Shown here piece by piece: positions 12,521 through 24,989 of a stretch of 64,000 nucleotides of DNA. Position numbers and translations under genes: made by a program. This DNA is from Bilabrum cf. latius (taxonomy: Eukaryota), in NCBI GenBank assembly GCA_965178125.1, contig OZ237745.1, forward strand, positions 372,001 to 436,000, given 5' to 3'. How positions within the stretch are numbered: position 1 is the first letter of the stretch; each line of letters begins with the position of its first letter. The notes beneath the pieces are model-generated. The model ran no database searches. It was not told the DNA's origin and saw nothing but the letters and a program-made list of their open reading frames with translations.

Positions 12521-15500
12521 GTAGCGCCGCGCGCCTACAATAGCGTGAGCGGAACCTAATTTGGCCGCGCGCGCGGCCGGCGAGGCGCCCGGATCACGTC
12601 TGGGCGCCTGTGAGCGGGCGGGGAGAAAATCTGCGAGAAAAAACGCGCCTACCCTGTTCTTTGTGACTGTATGCGTCGATTGCGCCGGGATTTTGTCGGC
12701 GGCAAAAAATTTGCCGGCGGCGCGGCGCGACTGTCTCGCCCACTACGGCCGAAATGTGCGGGGCCGGCAAATTTTTTCCTCCTATGGCCTCCATGACAGA
12801 TTTTTGATATGTTGCTCTTTATGGTATGTTCTTTCGATTATGGCCGTGTGAGAGGCTGGGTGGCGCTGGTTCGGGCGCAAGGAGCCTCTCTAGCTGGCCC
12901 GTCCAAACGCGCTCTCGGCTGTCTGCAGGCCGCCCCAGCGGCTGCATCCGCATGCGCGTGAGCGGAGCCTGTTGTTTGATCTCATATCTATCACACGAAC
13001 CGAAGGGGCGCTCCCGTCCGGGCGAAGGAGTGCCGACTTTCGACCCGAACGGGTCCCGCCACCCCGCTGCGGCCCTGGCAAGCCGCGCCTGGCCGTCGCT
13101 CCCGCGGCCCCCAGGGCCGTCAGGGCGCTCAGATGTCTTACTCTGGGTCTGGCAGCAAGGGGGGCTTCTTCCCTCCGATCGCGTCGAACGCCTAGGTCTG
13201 CTTGCTGGCCAACACAGCCGCCGCCCCCCTGGCCGCCAGAGGCGCGTCCTCCGCGTCTTCCCCCTCGGCATCGATCTGCGCCTCGGAATCGGGAATTTCC
13301 TCGCCCACCGGATCGGGGGCGACATCGCCGCCCTATTCTGCGTCCATCATCGCGGCAGCCGCGCCCTTTGCAACCCCGTCGCCCGCCGCGCCCCCCTCGT
13401 CCTCGTCGTCGCTCCCGTCGCGGAGCCACCCCCGGTCCTCCGCCATGGCTCTCGCAAGTGTCTCTTAGTAGTCCATTCCCTTTTGCGTGGGCAGCCTCCT
13501 TCGGCTCGATCTGCGAGAGGACCGGTGCTGGGGGTCACGGGACCGCTTCGAGGCGTCCGCAAGGCCGTCCTCGTCCTCGTCCTCGCTGGACCCACCCCCT
13601 GCCTTGCGCGCTGTGGCAAGCGCCCCCCGCCTTCGACTTCCGTCCCTGACCCTCCCCTTGCTCGGCCTGCCTCTACCCCTCCCCTGTCTGCCCCTCGTCC
13701 GCCCATTGCTGGTGCCGTCCGAGGCAGAGTTAGAGCCTCTCGCAGGGGCAGCAGCCGCGCCTGCTCTGCCCCCCCCCCCCCCCCCCCCCTCCGATGGTGG
13801 GGCGAGCGATCCGCAGCCACTTGGTAGCAATGGTGTGGATCCGCGCCCACCACGAGTCTCCTCCTGTTGCTATGCAAGCCCTCCTGTACTCTGCCTGAGG
13901 GTGATGCCCACGACGCTCTCGCCAGGCGCCAGAGAAGGTCCGCCCCCGTTGAAGTGTACTCCATCAGCAGCTGCCACCCGAACTTCCTGAGCAGCTCGTT
14001 GTCACATGTAGCCAGCAGCGGGGGCGGCAAGAACACCAGCCGCCCCATGCTCCCGATGCGATAAGCCTGCATTCGCAGGCCCACCACCACGGTACCCGCC
14101 AGATCCTGCCTGAGGCCTGCCATGCGGCTCGCGTCACTCCCCCCTCCTCCTCGCCCCACCTCACTCTACATACCCCAGGCAGCTTCCCGCTGCGCTACAG
14201 GTCGTCGCCCTCCGTGCAGGGGTTCAGGCAGCACTGGCTCCTGCCCCCCCACCCCCTGCTCCTGCCCTGGGAGGGGGTTCGGCGGACCCGCACTCGCCGC
14301 CGGACTCCTCGATCGGGAGGGGAAAGTCCACGGGTGACGGCCCCCCATACGCGGGGACCAGCTCGGCGTCCCTGCCGCCGGGCTCCACGGCGGCCACCTG
14401 GTCGGGGGTGGCCGGGCGGAGCAGGGCGCCCGCCAGCACGTCGGCAGCATAGTTGATCCGGCGCTCCCCGCCTGGCGAGCCCGAGACAACGGGTTGGATC
14501 TCGTCCGCGACGCGACCGACAAAGTTGAACGCCCTCAGATCGGCCGCACCGAGCGCGCGGGCGGCAGAGGCAGCGTGCTGCCCGGCGCGGTTGGCAGTCA
14601 AGTGATACGCCTGTGGGCGCCTCTGCCTGAACCCGACCGCAAAAGCGAGCAGATCAAGACAATCGGAGATGATTTTGTCATCCGGGGACCACTTGTGCAA
14701 CACATGCCGCGCCATTCTGCGCAGCATGACAGCGATCACCGGCGAGTGCCGCTGGATCAGCGCCTAGCTTATCGCTCTGCTTCATATCCTTTCCATCCGC
14801 CTGGGACTCCAGTCCTCTTTACCGCTCATAATTGTAGTAGTTGCACGTAAATCGGCCTGTCTCGGGCACATATCGTTCAAACCCCCGCCAGAATGCTCGC
14901 ACATGCCGAGAGAGATGGTGCAGGCGAGCAGAACCCCGAGCACAGACGCCGCGCTTGCGCTGCAATATCCATCCTCCAGGTCAAGCGCGGATGCAAGCGG
15001 TGTGTCATACTGCACTAACTGAGAAAATGCAAGCGATTCGGTTAGAATGGGCTCGTGTGGCCGTGCAGTCGGCAAAAACAAGCGCAAATCTCGTCGTGGA
15101 GAGGGGTGCACCCAACTCCCTCGTTGCCGGTGGCCCCATCATGGAATAAGTCCAAATCGCGAGCAATGATTGATAATCCCAAAATACATCGCTGGCACAA
15201 GCGCAAAATCGGGCACTCAGCTGCACACCGAGAAATGAGGCTGGCAACGAGGCCCTGATCGCTCAATTTCGGCTCTCCGCGCTGGTGACCACTCAAAGGC
15301 GAGACAACCCAAGCAAGCCAGCCGGTGAAATTGATATTATGCATTGTCTTACATTTAAATCTGCCATGGACTTGCAGGTAAACCCTGTATTCGGCGCGCA
15401 AGAAGCTCGCGATGTGGCGTCCGCCAGATCAGCTAGGCCACGCACGTTCCGAGGTTTGCCTGCTTGAGTATCGAAAATGACGAGACAAAAACAGCATTAT

Positions 15501-15817
15501 ACAAGACTTTGCGACTTTATACATAAATGAGCCGAGGGGCGGCTTGCGCGCTTCGCTAGAGCGCGCGTGGAAGCGGAGACAAGCTCGAGCCGTTTGGGCG
15601 GCCGAGGTGGCTCGGTCCACCGTGAGGCCACCCGCCACGCATGGCTGCGCGTGCAAACGAGGGCAAACGATTTTAATACCATACAAACTCACATCCCCGG
15701 CAACAGAATCACCATACACCCATCGTGGTCGGAGCTCGAGTGCCGCAAAGTTTCAGATTCCCGTCCGGGGCCGCCAAATTAGGTTCCGCTCACGCTATTG
15801 TAGGCGCGCGGCGCTAC
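12521..15817. mobile_element. Unclassified ~3.3-kb element bounded by perfect 45-bp inverted repeats, with degenerate minus-strand coding remnants
   Basis: GTAGCGCCGCGCGCCTACAATAGCGTGAGCGGAACCTAATTTGGC at 12521-12565 and its exact reverse complement at 15773-15817. No clear TSD or transposase motif. Confidence 0.6.
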
Positions 15818-16073
15818 CGCGGATTCCAATTTGTCCCTAGTGTAGGCGGCGTCGCGGCACTGTGAAACACGCCACACTTCTCTGCTATTAAATTGAATAT
15901 GTGAGCACTTCTGCACTTGTTTTGCAGCGAAGTCGCATCAAGTGCTGGCCCGCAGCGTGTAGTAGGCCAAGATATTCAAGATTCTGGTATTGTTGCTCAG
16001 CAGGGGATGCTTGCTGCGTCAACTTCTTCTCTATTTTGATCAAATATAAGGTGATCTCACTATATCTGTGCAG

Positions 16074-17696
16074 GCCAAGTATCGTTGAGGATACCGCTGC
16101 AGGGCGGTTGGAGGATGTCGTGCAGCATATTTCCAAAGGCAGCTATCTCGAAGCTACAGGGTTGGATGTAAGTCTGAAGTGGCCGAACCACACTGATAAT
16201 TTGCGATTGGAATTTTTCGTGGCCTTTCTGGTCTGATCTGTAGAAGTAATACATTGCTCCATGAATCCAAACTGCAATTGAAAACTGGATCTCCAGCACA
16301 GGACGGCTGGACAGCTCTAGTCGCTGCGTCATTTTTCGACCAATTGCCAATTATCAAAGAGTTACTGGCTGCTGGTGCTGATGTGAACGCCAAGGGCAGT
16401 GTGAGGCCAGTGCCGACACACTAGTGTAATTCAAGATCAAGTTGGCCAGAAAGTAGTAGGAGCAGGTAATACTGACTCGAAAATGAGTCTTAGCTCTATT
16501 GCCTTATCATCGAATGGTGATACCAGTCCAAGCTATACGTACTGCGTCGCAGACGGGCGAAACTGCCCTCATCGTCGCGGCCAGATACGGAAATCCTGTC
16601 AGTATCGCACCGCTGCTGGCAGCTGGGGCAGACGTCTGGGCTGTCGACAGAGTGAGAGAGGAAACGAGGGTGAATAGAACTGCATTGCAGCGCTGCGCCG
16701 TTGCAAGTTCGAGCCACAGCGAATCGCATCCGCAAGGCGAGCTCAGCTTGCCGCGCGGCTTCGCTTGGGCATGATTTCAGGCACGCTTTCGGTCTCCTAC
16801 CCCATTATTTCACCCAATCACAGCATGGGTAGACGGCTTTGATGGCTGCTGCAAGAGCAGACAATTTTGAGTGCATCCCAGACCTCCTGGCCGCCGGTTC
16901 CGACGTGAATGCACCCCCCGACAGCGTGAGGTGTCGTCGAGCACTATGATGCCCTGCAGCACTGTATCCATGCAAGGCGTATTGGTGTCATTCAGGCCGA
17001 GCCTAGTAGCCAGCCTTGGCCCTGGGCAAGCCTGCTGACCGTGTCCCACCCTAGCCTTAACCGCCCCTGCACCCCGTGACACCCCGTGCATCTCTCCCGA
17101 GGATCGAACGGCTTGGTGTTTGGCATACAGCCGCTTCAGGTTCACCGCAGTACGGCCAGACAGCTCTGCATGGTGCCGTAGCAAGGGGTAACGTGGCCAG
17201 TGCTCGATTGCTCCTGGCGGCATCGCCTGACATGCACGCATTGAACCGGGTGAGTCGCATCAATCCAGCGGTCCTTCGCATAGACGCGTTGTGAGCGATG
17301 GAGCAGCAGCTGCTACTGCCTCATGTTATTGTCTCTGGCTTTGCCACTCAGTCTGGCCGTACAGCACTGATGGAGGCGGCCAAATACGGGGAGGCTGCAG
17401 TTGCCGCTCTCCTGCTGTCCGCCGGTTTCGATATCGAGGCATAGGATCCGGTGAGGCACTGAATGCAACGAGTCCATCATATCGCGTCTTACTTGGAGAC
17501 GCGGTCCGACCGAACCAGTTCTACCCTCAGCAGCGAGTAATTAGGCCTGCATGCCTATCACCCTTCATCCTTCCCTTCTTGTATGCCTGTATCCCAACCG
17601 CAGCTTGGCAACACTGCTTTCTGCATGGCAAGCGATGGGGGTCACAAGGCCATCGCCGCAATGCTGATAGCTGCTGGAAATGTGAGACCATCTTGA
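16074..17696 (+). CDS. Multi-exon ankyrin-repeat protein (ends uncertain; may continue into 18064-18597)
   Basis: Exons 16302-16400, 16553-16651, 16824-16925, 17151-17249, 17352-17450 and 17604-~17690 each encode a GxTAL..A...L repeat, bounded by GTGAG donors and CAG acceptors. Confidence 0.8.
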
Positions 17697-18911
17697 TTCG
17701 TTGCTATCTATCGCGCGCCCGATATCGTGGTGTGCAAGGGGGCGAGAATCGTGGGAGGGTGTAGTGGATGGGTCTATGCCAGACAATAGCTCTGCGCAAT
17801 GTTTGCTGCAGCGAATCTACCCGGACCAGTATAATTGATGATGACCTGTACCCATCGCCATTTATTATGCTGCGCTGCAGGACCCGCAAGCCATCAGTGG
17901 CCGAGCAACGCTGGTTGCACAAGTGTGCTAGCGAGCCGGGTATTTTCCGAGGGCCTGCATTGCGAGCCTGCTGCACGGAGAGGGGCAGCACATGCGAGAC
18001 ATGACATGGCAGTTCCTGTAGCAGCGGGTCAGGCGCTGCGCGGTCGTAAGATGGAGAGTTGCGGTGTTGGCAGGCAAGGATGCAAGCATGGTATTTCGAG
18101 CGGCGGCAGAGGGCCGGCCGCTTGAGCTGGCCAAGCGGCTCGGGCTGGGGGCGAAGGCGGGGGGACTCGAAGCGAAAGGGGTACTGCCGAAGCGGATGAT
18201 CTGTGGAGAGAAGGAAGATGGGGGCAGTGTGTATGTGATGAGTGAACGCTGGACCAGCGGCCCGCTGATGGCGGCCGTGCTGGGTGGTCACGGCGAGTGC
18301 GTGAAGTTGCTGGTGAAAGCGTGGAAGAGAAAGCTGCGCCCTTTGACCAGGCACCAATTGCGCGCGGCGATTGACGGCCTCGTTGAGTCATGTGCGGTGA
18401 GGCCCCCACTGTAGGAGAAGGGTGTTAATGCAGTGCCGGGAGAGGAAATGCTCGCCCGGCTGCGGTCGCAGGGCGAGGCCTGTGCTCCTGTGGAAGATCT
18501 GCTTCGTCGATGCGCGCTGGCTCGGCCTGCCGATGCACGCAAGATAAAAAAACGCGCGGGCGGGGGCAAGCGCAGGGCCAAACCTGGCCATGCCTGATCA
18601 AATCGTTGCCGTTCGGGAGTTCTCGTGAGATTCGATCGCTGCCGCCGTAACGCGACTGTTGTGCCATCTTGGTTGTATCCGGCGCCGTGAAAGGTCGGAT
18701 TTGGCCGACCGACCGGTATCGCCGATATCGGTACCATGAGTTCACCTTACCGATTCTCGCGTACCATTCAAGTAATCCTAAAATAATATCAAAATATTGA
18801 AAATTGTATAAGTTAACTATCGATTGCGAGAGTTACTCATTGATGAGCTTGCGAGAATAGTATACTTGGTGGTCATGAAACCATACGCTCGATTTTCAGG
18901 AAGGGCTACTT

Positions 18912-19893
18912 GGGGGGGTCAACGTGGTGGTGGTGGAGTGCCACACCAAGCGTTGAGGACGAGGGCTACGCTACGCTCGCCCCTCCTTTAAAGGCATATT
19001 TAGCAACTCAAGTGTTTCCCCTATAAACCTAAATGATTTCCCAAGGGGTTCCCCAAGAACCCCTATAGAACCCCTCTATGTACCCATTTTCAGATATAAA
19101 ATTTACTCCTACGAAGTAGGGGTAAATTGAAGAATTCTAATATTTAACCCCCTTATAAACTCTAACAGCAAAGACAGAGATGTTTTAGTAAAGTAGGAAA
19201 AAATGAAGAAATTAACCAAGTGTCCAAAATATCTCTGTGTTTGCTGTAGGAACGGAAGGATGAATTCCCAAGAGACCAAGAGACCAACCGAGGATTTCCC
19301 CAAGAGAACAAGGTATTTTATCAAGAGACCGAGGTATGTTCCCAAGCGACAAACCGATAAACCGACCGATGAACCGACCGATGAACCGACCAAGGATTTC
19401 CCAAGGATTTCCCAAGGATTTCCCAAGGATTTCCCAAGGATTTCCCAAGCGACTAAATTGTTCTCCGAAGCAACCAAACCGATTACCCAAGAGATGATAC
19501 ATTATAAGGAAAACGAAAACAAATTATAATTGTATTTTAAGTCCCTTTGGAAAAGTCCCCCAAAAATTGAGAGATTTGACAGGTCAATTTTAAGAGACTT
19601 AGAAAGAATAAATATATTTTCCAATTAAAATTAAATGTTGTAATTCCTATGATGCCACCATAAAAATTAAAAGGAAAACGAAAACAAATTATAATTGTAT
19701 TTTAAGTCCCTTTCGAAAAGTCCCCAAAAAACTTGTCAATTTTACAGGTCAATTATAAGAGACTTAGAAAAAATAAATTAAGTTCCCTATTAAAATTAAA
19801 TGTTGTAATTCCTATGATGCCACCATAAAAATTAAAAGGAAAATAAAAAACAAATTATAATTGTTTTCCAATTAAAAACACAAAAATTGATTG
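18912..19893 (+). repeat. Virophage left terminal inverted repeat
   Basis: Reverse complement of 42325-43485. Contains 11-bp GGATTTCCCAA and 12-bp ACCGACCGATGA tandem arrays and a ~170-bp direct duplication. Confidence 0.95.
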
Positions 19894-19954
19894 CCTAAAG
19901 TGGAAATGTCGTACCTTAAGCATAACTTACGTAGTCTATAGTACAACCACATAA

Positions 19955-20194
19955 ATGGCAAAATCACAAAAGGAACTCGAGAATTACATCTTGGCGACCA
20001 AAGAATGTCTTAAATCAGTCCCGTTTATTACAACACGAGAAGCATACGATATGGCCAAAAAGTACCTTGAATTTACAAAGACTATTATTTGGATTAATTA
20101 TGATGATGACGATGACCTGCTTGCTGACTTTGAGGAAGCTAAAGATTTAAGTCAAATTGTAGTTGAATGGCACGAAAGTACCAAAACCAAATGA
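19955..20194 (+). CDS. Virophage hypothetical protein (79 aa)
   Basis: ATG..TGA ORF preceded by the conserved TCGTACCTTAAG/TCTATAG motif. Confidence 0.7.
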   Translation: MAKSQKELENYILATKECLKSVPFITTREAYDMAKKYLEFTKTIIWINYDDDDDLLADFEEAKDLSQIVVEWHESTKTK

Positions 20195-20259
20195 TTTTTT
20201 CCCAAGAATTATTTTCCCTACTTTACAAAAGTAAGGAGAATGATACAACTATATAGCAA

Positions 20260-21315
20260 ATGAGTAGCGCCTTTGAAAGAATATTACAATCCCTAAACAT
20301 TTATCCCAACAGTCGTATTGTAAATTTAATGAAACGACCAAAACGACCCAAAGGAGTAAATCGACCCCACGTAAATGTACCAGAACCTCACCAAGTGGTA
20401 CAAATGGATTTATTATCATTACCCCACGACAATAATTATAAATACGCATTAACTGCTATTGATTTACATACAAAGTAGGCCGATGCTGAACCGCTCAAAA
20501 CCAAGCGTTAGAACGAAGTATTAAAGGCATCAAAAAAGATTTTCAATCGTGGTAATGTCCAGAAACCGCAGCACCGTTTGGAAATAGATAATGGAAAAGA
20601 ATTTAACGCTTTACAAAGATATTTAGAAGAGACCGATGTATTTGTACGAAGAAATAAAGCAGGTCGCCACCGACAACAAGCATTAGTGGAAAACTTAAAT
20701 AAAACGTTGGGAAAAGCCATATTTACCCTATAGAACGTTAATGAGTTAAATACAGGTAACGAAAGCGTAGAATGGGTGGATATGCTTCCAAACATCATTG
20801 AAAACTATAATGAATATCAACTGGAAAAGTATATAGAAGAACCACCTTTACCCCCAGAACACTTCGACTTTACGTAGTGTAAAGGGGACGCTTGTAATAT
20901 ATTGGAAGAGGGTACAAGAGTTCGTATACCATTAGAAGAACCCAGAAAGGCTACAAATTTACAGCAAAAATTATCCGGAAATTTTCGTGCTTCCGATTTA
21001 CGCTATAATCCAGAAATCAAAACGGTTACTAAAGTGTTATTAAGACCCGAACAACCACCTTTATATGTTGTGGATTAGGACGATTTAGTGGCTTATACAA
21101 AAGAGGAATTACAGATTATCGACTTTGATAATGAGGACAATAACCGAGATGCTCAGACAATCTTTCTCCCAAAAAAGATAAAATCCGAGAACGAAACAGA
21201 GTATCAAATCGAATGGAAAGATTTTCCAGAACCAGAACATTGGACGTGGGAACCAAAGAATAAAATCCAAGAAATTGCTCCTAATTTAATTTTGGAGTGG
21301 GATATAGAAAATTGA
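20260..21315 (+). CDS. Retroviral-type (rve) integrase with C-terminal chromodomain (~351 aa)
   Basis: With TAG read through: HQVVQMDLL, EIDNGKEF, QQALVENLNKT (D-D-E) and YQIEWKDFPEPEHWTWEP. Ends TGA. Confidence 0.9.
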
Positions 21316-21372
21316 GATGCCTCGTATCGTACCTTAAGGATTATTTTCGTATTCTATAGTACAACAACAAAA

Positions 21373-23034
21373 ATGTCATTCACTCTGCCGACTAAAGCGT
21401 ATTCGTCAAAAAGCCTTATGGACCTATGTAATGCCGGAAAACAAGAGGAATGTATTCAATACCTTAAACAATACTTCTACCGCACCCACGAGCAAGGTGG
21501 CGGGGTGTATTTTCTAATAGCATCTGAATTAAATCGGAATAACATAAGTGATGACGAACCCCAGAAACCAGTCTGGTAGTTCCTTACGAATAAAAATATT
21601 ACTGAAAATTACCTGATTGGGGGACACTGTATTTACGCGATTGTGGGCAACAAAAGAGTAAAGACTTGGTCAGCACGAGACTGGTTCTTAAATGAGAATA
21701 CCGACGTATTTACGATTGTAAGAAAATTTAATTCACCTACCGTGGATTACGACAATCAAACAATTAACGTTATGGGTTCACCTATACTTACACGGGAAAA
21801 CTGTGGAAACATAGAGGATTTATCCGAAGACGCAAAAGCAGGCGCGACTATGATTTATGAACATATCCAGAAGGTGTGGACTTCAGAAGACAAAGAATAG
21901 TGTGATTTTGTGATGAAATGGTTGGCTCACGTTATTGTGGGCGGAAAGAAGTTGGGAACAGCACTATATTTGAAATCTCCACAAGGAACTGGTAAATCGA
22001 TGATTATTACCTTCCTTATGAGAAAACTACTCGGATATACCCTCACACTATAGACGCTTACACACAAGATGCTTCAACCCGACGCCTTCAACTCAATTCT
22101 GGACGGGAAACTATTAGTCAATTTTAATGAAATTCCAAAAGCCCCGCCAACTATTTGGGACGCCATGTAGGCAACACTAAGAAATCTTATTACGGAAAAA
22201 CACTTTTCCTGTAATGAGAAGTTTGTCAAATCCGAAAGTCGTCCGAATACATTCAATTTAATTATTGATACGAATGATAGTCCAATCAAAATCACCGAGG
22301 AAATCCGTAGATATTGTGTTTTGGATGTGAATACATCTAAGAAAGGAGACAAAGAATACTTTACAACACTAAAACGTTTTACAGAAAATCCAGAAGTGGC
22401 TAAGGCATTTTATATGTTATTGGTTGAAATCTATGATACATCACCAGACTTTACAGGACAATTCGCACCAAAATCAAAGAATTTTTACAAAGGAATTCTT
22501 GATGGCGCACATCCGGTTTTAAAAATTCTAAAAGAAGAGTGGCTGGACGAAGGCAGAGATTTTAAAATGACAGTCTTGGAATTCCGCAATTATCTAAAGT
22601 AGGAACTGAACGGTAGAGTGAAGAACCTTGGTACACCTATGATTAAAACACTATTGTCAGAGGTGGGTGTTCATTCAACGATGAACAAATAGAGAAAACA
22701 AGAATTTAATGTGAAACACGCAGACTTACTAAAAGGCTTCCAATCTAAGTTTTAGGCACTTCGTCATTCTGCTGAGATGGAAAAAGCAAAATCCGAGGTG
22801 GATGTTCTTCGAGAATAGATTAGAGAACTACAGAAACAAGTCGCATAGCAACAGGAAACGATTGAATAGTTGGAATTAGAAAAGGAGATTACACCGACGG
22901 AAAAAGTCCATAAGAAAATCCAGAAACAGCTGAGTGTTGAGAATAGCATCGCTATTCAAAAATGGATAAAAGAGAACCCACCAAAGAACAAAAAAGGGAA
23001 ACTTTCTAAATTCCTCTGTAAAATTGAGAAGTGA
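21373..23034 (+). CDS. SF3/D5-like helicase (~553 aa)
   Basis: With TAG read through: Walker A LYLKSPQGTGKS, Walker B-like LVNFNE, IIDTND, RRYCVLD. Ends TGA. Confidence 0.85.
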
Positions 23035-23091
23035 GTGAGTTCGTACCTTAAGAATAATTATCGTATTCTATAATATATTAGATACTATAGA

Positions 23092-24933
23092 ATGCCCGAA
23101 ATCGATTTTACGGAACCCCAAAGAACCAAATTGCGTCTTAATGGGAAACCAATATGGAGTATGCGATTTGAGAGCGAGGACCTTATCAACGTAAAAGATG
23201 TCTTGGAGTTTATCCGCGATTACGACGATGGTGGTGAAAATCCGTTTGATGACTTTAAATTTAAGGTGAATATCAATTTTCAAGATACAGGTTGGCGAAC
23301 AAGAAGCACTTGGATTACTACAGATGATTTAGAAAATCAAGATAGTTTATGGGCGGGTTACGAAGACGACGATGACGACGAATATAGAAAATTGAATTCT
23401 TTTGAGCTACTGCTTATTAGAAAGCCAGAACCAGAAGGCGGTGCTGACGAACATAACGATTGTTTATATAACGCTATAAAACAGGCTTTTCCTTTTTCAG
23501 TTGGTCGTAAGGTTAATGTAAAGAACGCAAAAGGCAAATGGAAAACTACTATTAAAAGAATGTCATAGTCTGACCTGAAAGAATTCTTGAAAATTGGGCG
23601 TGATGACCCCGTTGATTACAGAAGAATACCAGAGATAGAAGACGAACTAGAAATACGTATTAACGTTGTGGGCGACTTTGAATACACATCTGGAAAAACT
23701 CATTTTGACCGTCTTCTAACTGTATCATTAACAAATGGGCATTACAAGTATGTTCCCCCCATTAGTTAGAAAGAATTATTTACACCGCCGTCTAAAGAAC
23801 CGTGTACGCTAGTTACCCGCTTGTATCAATCCGAGAATTCTTATTTACTATTTGATGGAGACCGTGAGTATCAATCAGAAGGCATTACATCAGTTTCCAA
23901 GGATAAATTCATCTTTGAAGTCAAGTCCAAGGAAGAACTAAGAACAAAACACGAAGAACGGATGAAAAATGTAAGGGCATTAGCGAAGGAGACGGGTGGA
24001 TATATGGATTTATCACGATTTATGTTTAGAACATCCCTATTTGTAAAGTCGTATTTCAGTAAGTTTTCCAAACTTTACCCTGCCGACCCGATTGACCAAG
24101 TTGAAGCACTATGGATTTCAAGAGCATCAGGTGGTGGATTGAATTGGGCAAACAAGAATACTACATTAAAAAACGCATACCAGTACGATATTAACTCATT
24201 TTATCCAAGTATTATGAAGGGTACATTTACATTTCCGGTTAGAAGGGGTAAGTTCGTACAATTTAAAGTACCATCCAGTGGGTTCTATCCGTACGGCATT
24301 TTTAGGGTACAGATTGAAAATCTCAATTCTAAATTAGTACAAAAAAGAAAAAACAATTATTATACCCAATATGACATTAACCGAGCGATTGAGACGGGCG
24401 CTTAGGTGTCTCTGATTGAAGACGGTGAAGCCAACGCTTTACTTTACGATGAGACAACAAGGGTGAAGGCAAATGGACTGTTCAAAACGATGATTGAGCG
24501 ATTGTACGGTTATAAAAAATAGGGATTGAAGTGTGCGAAGGAGATACTAAATAATATTTGGGGTTCTCTATGTTAGAAAAACACAATCACAAAAACACTC
24601 CGAGATGGTGATTGTATGAATTTTAGACAATTAAAGAACGCGTATCCTAAAGCATCTGGACGACTTGTATCGGGTATACTATATGACGAAGAGTACGATT
24701 ACAAAACAGCCTACGCAAGAATGGGCCCCTTTCTGACTGGACTTGGACGAAGTAAATTGTCCAAAATGATTGAGCCATATCTTGAAAACATTCACTATGT
24801 CAACACGGATGGTTTCATTAGTGAGAAAGAATTACCTCTAAAGTTATCAACGAACCTTGGGGGTATGAAGTTGGAGCAATCAGGTGAATGTCAAATTATT
24901 CACAGTAAGAAGAAAATTTTTAGAAAAGATTGA
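23092..24933 (+). CDS. Protein-primed family B DNA polymerase (~613 aa)
   Basis: Motif A YDINSFYPSIM, motif B KEILNNIWG, motif C YVNTDGF. One frame with TAG only, ending TGA. Confidence 0.9.
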
Positions 24934-24989
24934 CCAAAGCACCGCAGTTTACCGGCGGAACGGCATAAAAGTGTTTAGAAAAGATTGAA

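Noticed and set aside
19340-19460. Tandem 11-12-bp repeats as a CRISPR array
   Set aside because: No spacers, units too short, no cas genes; they are part of the TIR.
19109-19529. ORFs inside the TIRs (mirrored at 42870-43290)
   Set aside because: They translate the tandem repeats on both strands and are duplicated only because of the TIR; no evidence of coding.
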